This document shows positions 25,465 to 37,362 of a stretch of 64,000 bases of DNA, piece by piece. Numbering within the stretch: position 1 is the stretch's first letter; the number at the start of each line of letters is the position of its first letter. Origin of the DNA: Hydrolagus affinis (lineage: Eukaryota); NCBI GenBank assembly GCA_012026655.1, contig JAAILG010000390.1, forward strand, positions 1 to 64,000, in the 5' to 3' direction. The position numbers and the translations under genes were made by a program. The notes under the pieces were generated by a model that was given only the letters and a program-made list of their open reading frames with translations, was not told where the DNA came from and searched no databases.

Positions 25465-25695
25465 TTTTACTGTGAAGTGCTGTAAGGGTGTTTTGCAGGC
25501 AAACGCAACAGGAAATTTGCATACAGCACTGCCCCACAAATAACCATGAAATGAATGATCAATTTTATCTGGGAGATTGTTGCCAAGGAGAAATTCCTTT
25601 CACTTTTCGAATAACACCATACGATCTCTAATGTCCATCTCAACACAGAGATGTATTGTCGGTTTTACATCTCATTCGAAGGATGGGGATTCCAA
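25465..25695 (-). mobile_element. Old DeuSINE fragment
   Basis: 'gcaaacgcaacaggaaatttgcatacagcactgccccacaaa', 'ttcgaataacaccat', 'cggttttacatctcattcgaaggatgg'. Confidence 0.6.
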
Positions 25696-26048
25696 TTACT
25701 TTCAATTAAGTATTAAAATTACTTTGGGCATTATTATTGTTTTTATTATATGCCTTTGTGAATTATTTCCAGGGAATGAGCTTTTTTGCCAAAGTAGAAA
25801 TGAGCAATTAGTGACGGAAAGGACTAATTTAAACAAAACGAGTGTTCTCATGTATTCTACAGTTCATGAGCATTTCAAATACGTAAGGCTTGCTTTCTAA
25901 AGCATCGGAGAAAATCATTTTACAATAACACTGTATGAAAATGTTCAGGGTTAAACATATCATTGAAAGTCATCTAATGTTGAAATGTTCACAATACATC
26001 TGGTGCTTTGGAATTTATTATGTGTAAGTCAGGCACTAAAATTGGAAT

Positions 26049-26364
26049 GGAGGTCCTGCAGCTCAGTGGTGAGAGCACTTGCCTTACAAGTGTGAGACCT
26101 GTGTTTTGAATCCAGGCAGATCAGGGCGAAACCTAAGGCAAGTTTACTTACTCCACATGCCTAATAATAATCCTTTCCCCCAATAATAAATATTGTTCAT
26201 TTTCAATCCACGACTGTTTGTGGGACATTGCTGTGCACAATTAGCTGCCACGTTTCACCCACAAATATACAGTTAATTCACTGTATATTCTGTGAAGTGC
26301 TTTGAGACGTCGATAAGATGTGAAAAGCGCTATATCAAATGCAAGGATAATCATTATTATTATT
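26049..26364 (+). mobile_element. tRNA SINE, full length
   Basis: A box 'cagctcagtgg', B box-like 'gttttgaatcc', Deu-like core, L2-type tail, (att)n. Confidence 0.92.
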
Positions 26365-26850
26365 AAAATCAATGTTGGTCCCAACAACTTCATTGTCTGT
26401 AATGTCCTTTGTGCGCTTGTATTTTGGCACTTATTTCTCAGAAGGCATAAACTTTTAATCGATGGTTGAAAAGAGATTGTTTTGTGCTTCAAATATTTCA
26501 TGAACATTTTTCTTCTGCCATAAGATTGATCTCAACCAGCGATAGTTTGACTGATTTTGAAATGTCACTTTACATGGCAGAAGCTTAGAAGCAAAGCAGA
26601 TAAAATAGTATATTTGACCTGTGGTTCACTAAAACTAATTTTAGTTAATAGCAGCCAAATTAGCATTATTACTAAACTTGTACGATTGCCACTGATGGCT
26701 GACACATGGTATAATTGGGTTGGAACAAACTCCATTTTGCTGCATTACATGTTGTACATGAAGGAGCCTCCCTGAGCCAGTCTGTGTGTTTAACTGATGT
26801 GATTCAATCAGAATAAGGTTGCCTGTGCTTCTTGCCTTTTTTCTTCAACT

Positions 26851-27870
26851 ATAATAATAATAATCCTTGCATGTAGCATCTTATCATGTCTTCTGGATGT
26901 CTCAAAGCGCTACACAGTATATACTGTAAAGTGAATTGACTGTATATTTATGGGCAAAATGCAGCAGCCAATTGCAGACAGCAGTGTCCCACAAACAGTC
27001 GATTGAAACAGCTGTTTTGCTTGTGCAGTCCTGTAGCTCAGTCGTCAGAGCATTCACTTGCAAACAAGAGACCTGAGTTCAACTCCAGGCAGGGCAAAAC
27101 CTTGGACAAGTTTCCTTACTCTACGCATAATAATAATCTCTGCAAAAATAAATAATAAATTGGTCATTTTCAATCTACGACTATTTGTCTGACACTGTTG
27201 TGTGCAAGTGACTGCTGTGTTTTACCCTCAAAATATACAGTCAATTCACTTTATATAATAATAATAATCCTTGCATTTGATATAGTGCTTTTCACGTCTT
27301 ATCGACATCTCAAAGCGCTTCACAGAATATATGTAAAGTGAATTAATTGACTGTATATTTTGTGGGCAAAACACGGCAGCCAATTTGCGCACAGTAGTGT
27401 CCCACAAACAGTCGTGGATTGACAGTATATTCTGTGAAACATTTTAGAGACATCTACAAGATGCAAGTATTATTATTTAATATTATAAACAAGGGAAAAC
27501 ATCCTCCTTGGAAAGATGATATTAGTAAGTTGTGTTTGGCAACCTGTGGAAGATCTAGAAGATGTGAAATCTCGGTATCAAATCGAAGGATAATGATTAT
27601 TATTATTGATGTTATTATTATTGTAAGGTGAGTGCTCCAACCACAAGCTACAGGACTCCACAGGACAGAACAGGACTGTCATTTGTCCCTTCCCAAAGTG
27701 AGACATTCTTAAAATGGAGGAATAGTAATTTGGTCAATCAATCCACGACTGTTTGTGGGATACTGCTGTGCACAATTGGCTGCCGCGTTTCACACACAAA
27801 AATATACAGTCAATTCACTAACTTTATTCTGTGAAGCACTTTGAGACATCTCAAAGACGTGATACGCTTT
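26851..27870. mobile_element. Cluster of nested and fragmented SINEs
   Basis: - 3' half 26851-27008; + copy 27024-27252 interrupted by a - copy 27254-27420 and resuming at 27422-27480; tail 27550-27620; - head 27625-27662; + body 27725-27870. Confidence 0.8.
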
Positions 27871-27872
27871 TT

Positions 27873-28210
27873 GGAGCTCCTGTGGCTTAGTGGTTAGAGC
27901 ACTTGTCTTGCAAGCTGGGGAGACCGAGCTGGGGAGACCTGTGTTCGAATCCAGGCAGGTCAGGGCAAAACCTTGGGCAAGTTTCCTTACTCCACATGCC
28001 TAATAATAATCCGTCCAAAAAAAAACACAATAGTAAAATTGGTCGTTTCAATCCACGACGATTTGTGGGACACTGCTGTGCGCAATTGGCTGCTGCAATT
28101 CACCCACAAATATACAGTCAATTCACTTTACAGTATATTCTATGAAGCGCTTTGGGACATCCATAAGATGTGAAAAGCGCTATATCAAATACAAGGATTA
28201 TTATTATTAT
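27873..28210 (+). mobile_element. tRNA SINE, full length, duplicated-head subfamily
   Basis: Head with 14-bp duplication agctggggagaccg/agctggggagacct, B box gttcgaatcc, core and (att)n tail. Confidence 0.93.
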
Positions 28211-29089
28211 TTATATATCAATTGCAAGGTTTATCATTATTATGGAGTCACAAAAAAATTAACTTTAAACAAGTACAAGCTGACCTAAAGATATTGCAGA
28301 TATTCTGTTTCTTTGGCATTCATATCTTTCGATAACTTCACAAACAAAGTCTTGTGAGAAACACATAAAGCTGTTTCATTCATGTTATATCAATCTGTTT
28401 GATGCTACTCCATGGACAGGATGTGGTGCCTGGATCCAAAGAGTCTTGTAGATCCCACATTGAGGGCAAATTATGGATTTACATTTTGTTAATCAGGGAG
28501 CATCCTAAAAAGTAAAGTACTGTACCATTTTCTACAAAATGGATGCAGCAAGATTGATTCATGGTATAGAAATGTTTCCTTGCTGCTAATCTCTGGGTCA
28601 GAAAGATGGATTTTGCTACCTGACCCCTTTCTTTCTTACTTCCTCTTATAGCTTGCAGCTGGAACCCTTGTGGCACATTGAACAAAGGAGTTCGGAAGGG
28701 ATTAGGATGCTTAGAATTACTTGGGAAAAGAGCTATGTGGAAACAGCCTTTCAACTGGGTTAATCTCCCTATCGTCTCTCCTCCGTTTGTTGTGATATGA
28801 GCTTGATATGAGACACAAACTCAATGTCTTTCACTTAGAAATTAGAGCAGTACGTGATATGGGAAGAGGAATTTATTTTTCAGTAGATACTTTTTTTTCC
28901 CTCTACATATGTACAACTCACCCATCCATGTATGTTCCTAGTTTCTTTGATGTCATTTATAACATTTTCCTACCCCGTGTTGAGTGTTTCATCTTTTGTA
29001 TTTGCACATCTTTTGTCTCATTACATTGTGTTCATCTTTTAATATTTTAAATATTAAAATCTTGATGCGCAGAAGTTCATAAATGATCT

Positions 29090-29540
29090 TCTGAAAATGT
29101 TATCATCACCAGGCAGATCTCATCTGATAATCCAGTAGTTTTGTGAGGCATGACCCATCGCTTGTATAAACCATATGCTGTAACTTCCTAGTTACAGCAT
29201 TTAAACTTGTTGTATCTCAAGTTTAGATTTTGTTTAGATAAAATGCCATCGATGGCATCGAACAAAATGCCATCAAGCATGTTTTCCACTATTGATGTTA
29301 GAAAAACTTGTCTATAATGCCTCAATTTGAGAGCTCTCTAGAATACCATGATATCATTGCTTCTCTTAGAATCTCAGGTACAGCTCATGTATTTATGATC
29401 CTAAAATGAATAAACAATACCTCATTTATTACCAGGCTCATGTATTTCATTAAACCAGCGCTCCGAGATATTAACCTTTGAAGGTTCACTCTCCAAGATG
29501 CTGTTGTATCTCAAGTTCCAAGTATCAGGTCCCGGGGGTT
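29090..29540 (-). mobile_element. CR1 LINE internal ORF2 relic (RT N-terminal region), heavily decayed
   Basis: Minus strand reads PGPD, HYRQVFLTSIVENML (cf. NYRPVSLTSIVGK) and GSCLTKLL (cf. RSCLTNLL). Confidence 0.7.
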
Positions 29541-30548
29541 CATATTTGATATCTTTGAGTTTCATTGTAATACATTACTTATTGATCTTTATAAATATTC
29601 TAGGGTCTTGATGTAATCTTGTGCCTACCTGCCTAACCCCCCACCCACCACCCCCCCCCCACCACCCCACCACCAAGTAATTCCAAAGAAAATTCTGTCT
29701 CTTTCATTGGGTTCTTGGTTTGAATAGTAGACTTGGAATTCTTCTTCATCCCTCATGTAGATTGAATTCAGTGTCAATGGAGTCATTTGCTCACAAGCAA
29801 GTTACAGAGAACTGTACTGGAACCAGAAGGAGTCCGGGCACTGCCATTGTGATGCATTTGTTGAACGCTTCGGTCCAAATAAATCTTTCGTATTAAACTG
29901 TTTCAAAAAGAATATTGTCATTAGTTATGATCTAAATATTCAAGGGTATTAGCTCATATATTATAAAATGTAATACTGTCGCAGCACTTAATGCTGCTGA
30001 TAAATCTAATTTGAAAGCACACAGTGGAACAAACCCTCTTTTCATCATATCTAAGTTGCCAGTCAAATTTATAGACCAGAGCAAACCACCATAAAATGTG
30101 TTTTGTCAGAGATAAGTGATATAAATCTGGATCTGATCAGCTTTACTGGATACCAGATTTATAATCATATAAACCCGAAGTTTTCTGAAAAAGTTTTTAA
30201 TGTTCCTTTCTGATTGACGTAATTCATGGGAGCTGCCAACTTTATATTTGAAAGTAATTGGCAAATTAGGTGAACCAAAAGGTGAAAGCGAAACTCTCAT
30301 GGTTTGAAAAAGTTTTATTTTACGTGAAACATTGTGTAAAATGTGAATTGCTTCTCAACAAATCTATTGTGTGATTTAACACAAGGAATGGGTGTTAAAC
30401 ATATGTAATGTGATCATTTTGAGGTATTGCAGTAATACTTACCTGAAAATCAGCAGATTGGAATGTCGTCCCAACATGAAAGGCACTATCCAAATGTAGT
30501 TACAGGGAAACGTTACAGAGAAATGTAGCTACAGTTCCCCGTAACTTG

Positions 30549-30692
30549 CTTCATCAGAACTGACGAAGGGTCGCGGACCCGAAATGTTGACCCACTTTTC
30601 CTTTCTCCATAAATGCTGCCTGACCTGCTGAGTGTTCCCAGCGATTTATGTTTTTGTTTCAGATTTCCAGCATCCAGAGTATTTTGCATTTT
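30549..30692 (+). mobile_element. Penelope-like element terminal (pLTR) repeat with hammerhead core
   Basis: 'ctgacgaagggtcgcggacccgaaatgttgac...tctccataaatgctgcctgacctgctgagtgttcccagc...cagatttccagcatc'; the related motif at 39165-39205 is physically joined to a GIY-YIG relic. Confidence 0.8.
30560..30588 (+). ncRNA. Minimal type-I hammerhead ribozyme core (Penelope-associated; activity unproven)
   Basis: CUGACGA-A-[GGGUC GCG GACCC]-GAAA-UGUU: both conserved boxes flank a 5-bp helix II; helix I is not supported by the flanks. Confidence 0.6.
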
Positions 30693-31154
30693 GGATAATT
30701 GTGTTGTTGTTGTAAACAAAATACCGCTCCTGGGTTCTGTTCCCCCACAATCCACATCTCCCAATTAGGTGTCTGCTTGCTAGCGAGAAAAACGCAAGAA
30801 ATAAATTATATCGTCGGTTTCCAGTCTAGTGGATTATTGAAAGTAATAATCCTTGCATTTGATATACTGTAATGCCCTTCACGTTAGGAGGATTAGGAGA
30901 ACATTTCGCAGAGTAACCTTGCAGAACAAATCAAGAAAAGAACAGGCCAGCCCCAATGTACAACGTTTCGCTTTGCACCACACAGCTCTGTAATTTATTG
31001 GCCTCTCTGTAGCCAACCCGAAGTGAAGAATGAGCTCCCTAAAGGCTAAAGTTGTTCCCAGCACATATTTACAACTATGACCAATCCATGTTAATAACCT
31101 CCCAAAGTACACCTCAATGTGGAACTGAAAGTATTCTTTCAGTAATCCCGTGAA

Positions 31155-31325
31155 AAAAATCCAATAATAAATTCATCATTTTCAATCCACAACTGTTTGT
31201 GGGACACTGCTGAGTTTTGCCCACACATATACAGTCAATTCACTTTATATTATATTCTGTGAAACACTTCGGGATGTTGAGAAGACATGAAAAGCGCTAT
31301 ATCAAATGCAAGGATTATTATTATT
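31155..31325 (+). mobile_element. SINE 3' half
   Basis: 'caatccacaactgtttgtgggacactgctg...aaagcgctatatcaaatgcaagg(att)n'. Confidence 0.85.
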
Positions 31326-31750
31326 TCAAAATGTTTTACAGGATTTACTGCAAAATGCTTAAGTAATTGTAAGTGAACATTGCAATCACTTTGTGCACAG
31401 CAATATCCCATAAAGCAGTTGTGAAGCAAATTATAAATGTTATCTGAAGAATTGTTGACCATGACATTGGGAGAAACTCCCTTCTCATTGTAAACAGTGC
31501 CTTAAGATCTTTAACATTCACCTGAGCAGGCAGATGGAACCTCAGCTTATCATTTAGTTTGACAGAATGCACTGAAATACAGGGCACCATAGTATGATAT
31601 TGGAGTGTTAGCCTAGACCATGAGCTCAAAATCCTCATATAGGGCTTAAGTCACAACCTTCACATCCTCTCTATGTGAACGGCGCTCTTTTGTTGTTGTT
31701 GTTGTTCTGGCTCAGAGGCAAGAATAATGCCAACTGAACCTGGTTGACAC
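31326..31750 (-). mobile_element. Older DeuSINE with a ~45-bp L2 tail inserted in its head (31661-31704, +)
   Basis: 'cacaaccttc|acatcctctctatgtgaacggcgctcttt(tgt)n|ttctggctcagaggcaagaataatgccaactgaacc'; the flanks join to give the reversed SINE head. Confidence 0.7.
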
Positions 31751-33829
31751 AAACCTATGTTTAGGCCAAAGGTGATGGGAGGCAAGATTTTTTTGTTCAA
31801 AGAAGAAAAGTGAAAAGGCAAACACTGCTTGAATTCATGACAATTTAGCACAGGATTTGGTGGAGAAAAAAAATCGATCTGATTTATATTTATGCTATTT
31901 CATTGAATTATTGAATATTTGCATTTGAGGCATTTTTTCATAAATACATATACACATTTATTATCTTAATACCTATCATTTAATGTCTTGTATTTTGAGC
32001 TGCTCTTTTAACATTTCACCAAGCAGCACTCCACTTCTCTTGACGAATAACACACTTCAGATCCTTTTCTCAAAGCGAATAAGTACTAATTTAAGAGGAG
32101 GTTGAACCTTGCATGCATTTTGGTCTGAATTTGAGCTTAGATCTTTCATCCAAAATGATGTGTGTCTAATTGAAATAAGGAAGGTGGTGGAAGTAATGAA
32201 CGACTGTGATGTTGTTGCAGATCTGAATGTAATGGAAACTGGGTGGAGAAAATCATTCTTTTAATGAATCAAAGGCCCTTGAATAAATATATCATTTATT
32301 TGCATTGCGTCACTTCTTACTCAATGGTTAAAAATAAGTTACATGTCCATATATTATCATACATAAAATTACACATTATTGGATCATGTTCGGAAACTAT
32401 AGAATGGTTCAGCTTTTTCCCCAAATCCATCATTGTAACAGTCAACTATGGGAATACTTACAATGGCGAACTGAACGTTTTAAGCTACTGAAATGGTAAA
32501 ATTGTTTCCACATCAACTGCAAAGGCTGCCTGGGAGAAGTTCCAGCATAATTAGCAAACAATTTCAAACATAAGCTTTTTTCATTTAGTAACTATACTAT
32601 CTAACACCAGGCCAGAGAATTAGTTTGATTTAAATCCTTTAATATAGAAATATTTCAATATTCCTTTGTTGCATTGAGCCTTGCGATGCAGCAAATGTGA
32701 AAGGTGCTGTACAAATATTGTAGTATGTATATAATCCTTCAGGTTAAACACATCTTCAGGAGGACTCAGTGTAAACAGGTCTGCAAATGGTAAAATAGCA
32801 GAGAAACTGATAACCATTTGGCTAAAAATGAATATAACCGAGCACTTTAATTGATGGTCTTCGTATTCTTTTCAAATTATGTTGTGACCTGCTTTGGACA
32901 GTTGAATCTCACTCTCAGAAGTTAGTATTGGCAAAGAAAAAGGTACACCACTATAAGCAGAAATTATCCTATACAATTTATTTCAGGAATCAGCATTACT
33001 TCCCTTTGTACAGATTCAGTGTACAGCACTCAATAATTAGAATCAAGGTCAGCATTTAAAATCCCAACGATACAAGCTTGCAGGAGATGAAACAAGATCC
33101 GCAGCAGCATATTCCTGCGTAAATTATGAATGAGATCATTTTACTCATTTTATGTAACATTTCATGAGATTTTTTAGAAGACTCATTATTTCATATCAAT
33201 GGATTTAAAAAAAATCTTAACCCCTAGATAACCACCACTGTGAGAATTCCAGCCTCTCTAGGGTAGTTGTGTTTTTAATTCAAAGTAAAATTGAGCTCGC
33301 TTTGTGAGGTCTATTCTCAACATTTCACAACAGGATTTGTAAACAGTGGATCCGGAAATCTGTGTGGATGTCAATTCCTTGATAGGCGTCAGGACTCTTG
33401 CTTCAGAAGTCAAAAACTGAGATCAAAGTCAGATGTAGTTCTACAGACACACATCTGGGTACCTGCACACTTCATCATTTGCAAATCCTATGTGAATGCT
33501 GCTTATTAGGCTCTATGGGAAGGTAAAAACAAAATAGCAGTTATGTGATACACAGCTGACCACAAGCTGCACTTTGGCTGCTTGATATTGTATGAAGAGA
33601 ATGATCCACACACTGAAATCTGCTCGAGGATATTGTACGTTCACTCTTCCATTGTAAAAGGTTTATTATTTTCAACGTGAAACCATCTCATCTCAATGTG
33701 AATAATATGCGTCGTATACCTCCAGGTGCATTTGCAACCATCGCTGTCAGTTTAAACCTATTTTCGCTTCTTTTTAATCCCCACAAGTCGCATCATTGCT
33801 ATGTACAAACAAAATGAAGAAGAATTCAC

Positions 33830-33972
33830 TTAAAGGAAAAGAATATGAAAGGGTATTGGAAACGAGAATGGAATTGGGATCAGAGTGGTTGATTCCAATG
33901 GGTGAGTTAGCACCAGTTCAGCCTCGATGGGCCAAAGGGCTTTTCTTGTATAATGAAATTGCTATGATTCCG
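33830..33972 (+). mobile_element. CR1 3' terminus, diverged
   Basis: 'gttagcaccagttcagcctcgatgggccaaagggcttttcttgt...ctatgattc'. Confidence 0.55.
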
Positions 33973-34399
33973 TAAAATGAATTACTTATGTCAACATAAT
34001 AACGTGCATTCTTCAGACTTGAATTGCATTATGATGAAAAGTTATGGAGGTGCAGATGCAGGTCATATTTTGCTCTAGTGTTTGTTTATCCTCCATCCAT
34101 CTGTTCCTAATGCATCTTTGCAAAAGATAGAAAGAGTACTTTTTCAGTCAATACTGGAAGCAGACTATTTTGTCTTGGTGTAAGAGCTCTGAAGCAGAAT
34201 AGTTTTATCTGTTACGTGACAACTAAACTGTGTGAAGGGCACTATATAATTGCAAGTTGTCACTGTAAATGCATTCAGTTTTGATGGTTAAACTATAAGT
34301 GGAATCTGTTGATTTCATTGGTTAGCAGTTGTGCATCTTCCTGTGATTCGCTGTATGTGAGTTTCCAAATTCAATCAGGCTGGCTAGGAATTCAACATG

Positions 34400-35258
34400 T
34401 AGAGGTGAAAGATTGCAATGGGATATGGATAGGCTAGGGGAGTGGTCGAGTAGGTGGCAGATGGATTTTAATATGGGGAAGTGTGAAATTATTCACCTAG
34501 GTAGCAAAAATAAAAAAAAAAATTTTCTAGACCTGGAGAGGTTGGGTTGTGTTAGTGTGCAAAGGGATTTGGGTGTCCTTGTACACCAGTCTCAAAAAGT
34601 TAGTTTGCAGGTGCAGCAAGCAACTTAGAAGACAAACGGCATGTTAGCGTTCATTGCAAAAGGTTTAGAGTACAAAAGCAGGAAAGTCTTGCTACAATTG
34701 TATAGGGCCTTAGTGAGACTGCACCTAGAATATTATGTGCAGTTTTGGTCTCCTTATTTAATAAAGGACATACTTGCCTTAGATTCACTAGGTTAGTTTC
34801 TGGGATGAGGGGACTGACCTATGAGTATCGGTTGAATAAACTAGGGCTGTATTCTCTAGAGTACAGAAGAATTAGGGGGTATCTTATTGAAACATATAGA
34901 TAAAGTAGACACTGAGGGACTGTTTCCCCTGGTAGAAGAATCTATAACCAGGGGTCATAATCTTAAAATTAAGGGTCAGCCTTTTAGAACAGAGTTGAAG
35001 AAATATTTCTTCACTCAGAGGGTAATGAATCTATGGACTTCACTACCCCAGAAGGCTGTAGCTGCTCAGTCCTTGAACATTTTCAAGGCTGAGACTGATA
35101 GATTTTATATAAAAATAGAGGGATTTGGGGATATGGGGATAGGGCAGGTAATTAGAGTTAGGTCAGAAGATCAGCCATGATCTTATCAAATGGCGGGGCA
35201 GACTAGAGGGGCCGAATGGCCTACTCCTGCTCCTAATTCTTAGGTCTTTATGTTCTTA
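34400..35258 (+). mobile_element. CR1 LINE 5'-truncated copy (ORF2 C-terminus plus 3' UTR)
   Basis: LQWDMDRLGEWSSRWQMDFNMGKCEIIHLG, QRDLGVLV, LYRALVRLHLEYYVQFWSP, TRGHNLKI..FRTELKKYFFTQRVMNLW; 3' end 'gggccgaatggcctactcctgctcctaattctta...tatgttctta'. Confidence 0.93.
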
Positions 35259-36057
35259 ATGACAGCCTGTTCTATTTTAACAGCAGTAAAGTCATTAACA
35301 ACGATCTAGAAATTCAGTTTCCTGTTCCGGATGAATATGTGAGCTAAGAATTTGGTACAAATCTAAAACTGTATCCTTATGGAAAGAAATTGCCACTTTT
35401 TAATGGCTAAAACCTACACAAACAACAATGAGAAGATGGGCATTTTATTAGCAATTATATTATAACTTGAGCAAAGGGAGAGATGGACATGCGGCCAAAA
35501 ATGCAGTAAATTGGCAATTATTCAATCTTTGATATTTTGGTAAATTTCTGTGCATCTGTAGCACAATCGAGGAAAATTGGTCCATTAAAGTTAATAGAAT
35601 ATCTATGGTTTTCAGCAATTAAAGACATTAAGGAGGATCATATACTTCAACAAATGCATCATCATTTATGCAAGTCCATCATTACTAGAGAAATTGTGCT
35701 GTCAATTGGTATATTTTATGAAACAATTACACCGATTTAATTACAAGCAGTTGGTAAGGCATTTCAATGAAAGTGATTTGAAGGTAGAATTTTACAGACT
35801 CAACACTGTAGGTTGGCCAGTTTAAAATCTTCAGTTATATCAAGTAAAAATCTTTGCGATGCTTCCCTTTTAATAGTAAGTGAACCCCTAAATGCATTTT
35901 TGTTACGTTTGCAACATACCTACTTTGTCCCTCTACCTGATTTCTGTCTCATTATGTATGCCGGGAAATGTCACATTGGGTTCTAAATTGAGATAAAATC
36001 ACAAAGTTTATTCATTCTAAAACTGGAACTCTTGCCAAGCTAAAGAAACTATAGTAA

Positions 36058-36395
36058 TATAATAATAATCCTTGCATTTGATATAGCGCTTTCCACATCT
36101 TATCAACGTCCCAAAGCCCTTCACAGAATATACTGTAAAGTGAATTGACTGTATATATTTGTGGGCGAATCGCGGCAGCCAATTGCGCACAGCAGTATCC
36201 CACAAACAGTCGTGAATTGTAATGACCAATTTTATTATTGTGGTTTCTTTTGGAGGGATTATTATTAGGCATGTGGAGTAAGGAAACTTGCCCAAGGTTT
36301 CGCCCTGACCTGTCTTGATTCGAACACAGGTCTCCCCAGTTTGGTCTCCCCAGCTTGCAAGACAAGTGCTCTAATCACTGAGCCACAGGAGCTCC
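36058..36395 (-). mobile_element. tRNA SINE, full length, duplicated-head subfamily
   Basis: Reverse complement closely matches 27873-28210, including the head duplication. Confidence 0.93.
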
Positions 36396-36469
36396 GGTAC
36401 TTAGCTGGAGTTGACTAAATTGATGAACACACGATTGTTACATACCCAAAACAAAAGCAAATGGAAATT

Positions 36470-36610
36470 TTAATTTTCCCCTGTATTTGCACACAGGGTG
36501 ATTATCAGCTGGAATTGCGTTAACAGAGAGGGTGGCAAAGGCAAGGTTGTTGGACTTATTTAAGAAGCAGCTGGAATCTCCAATAGGAAGTGGTTTGGGT
36601 GGGTATCTGC
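36470..36610 (+). mobile_element. Old CR1 ORF2 3' fragment
   Basis: 'tttgcacacagggtgattatcagctggaattgcgtt..gagagggtggc..tttaagaagcagctgga' (cf. FxxRVVxxWN..FKxxLD). Confidence 0.5.
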
Positions 36611-37254
36611 AATGATAAGATCAAGCTTTCTTAATCTTAACTTTCCTTGTGAACTTTATTAGAACTTCAAATCAATAACACATGATCAGTACTAAAATGC
36701 TGCAAATAAAACAGCACTCACCGATCACCCTTTTCAACAAGTAGCATCTACAAAATATTTTAGCGGAGAATGACCCTGGTAACATTCGACTAAATCAGCA
36801 ATTAAGTACCTCTTGAATCATTTTTCAACTGATTTGTTTCAGCCAAGAATTCAACAGCAATATGCAAACCTTTATACGCACCAGATTGACTCATTTACAT
36901 GTTCCTTGCTGGTGTGCCTGAATGCTTTGCTGTATGCAAAAATATATGCTGAACATTTCAAAGTGAAACCGGTGGGAATTGCTGCAGCCACCTGCAGATG
37001 TACTCTCTTCAAGTTAACCTTAGATTCTCACTGTTTATTTTTACAAGCTTACCATAGCTATTTAAGTAATGCGTAAATCTAAATTATCTATTCTTAATAA
37101 CTGAAACACATATGATTTCCAACTGCGTTTAAGATAATACATAGTATCTCCTGCAGTGCATCTATTTTTATATTCTAATTACTTAGTCACTGAAGAGGTG
37201 CACAGGAAAGATTACAGTCCAAGATTGTCAAGCAGCAATAGATACTGACAAAGA

Positions 37255-37350
37255 ATCATACAGTTATACAGCAGAGAAGAAGGTTTTTCAGCCTATTATG
37301 CCTAATGGCTCATTGAAAACGCTATTCATTTTACACGACTCCTTGTCATT
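37255..37350 (-). mobile_element. CR1 3' terminus, diverged
   Basis: 'atcatacagttatacagcagagaagaaggtttttcagcctattatgcctaatggctcattg'. Confidence 0.5.
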
Positions 37351-37362
37351 CTCCATGTGATT

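Noticed and set aside
27903-28173. Recurrent short ORFs (MSCKLGRP..., DCLWDTAVRNWL, KRYIKCKDYY) found many times in the ORF track
   Set aside because: They are translations of the same SINE consensus at multiple loci, not a gene family.
26851-28210. Regularly recurring sequence as a CRISPR-like array
   Set aside because: Repeat units are long, irregularly spaced, in mixed orientation and identifiable as SINEs; eukaryotic context with no cas genes.
29636-29675. C-rich and G-rich runs (also 24420-24447) as functional G-quadruplexes
   Set aside because: Low-complexity tracts with no supporting context such as a promoter or CpG island.
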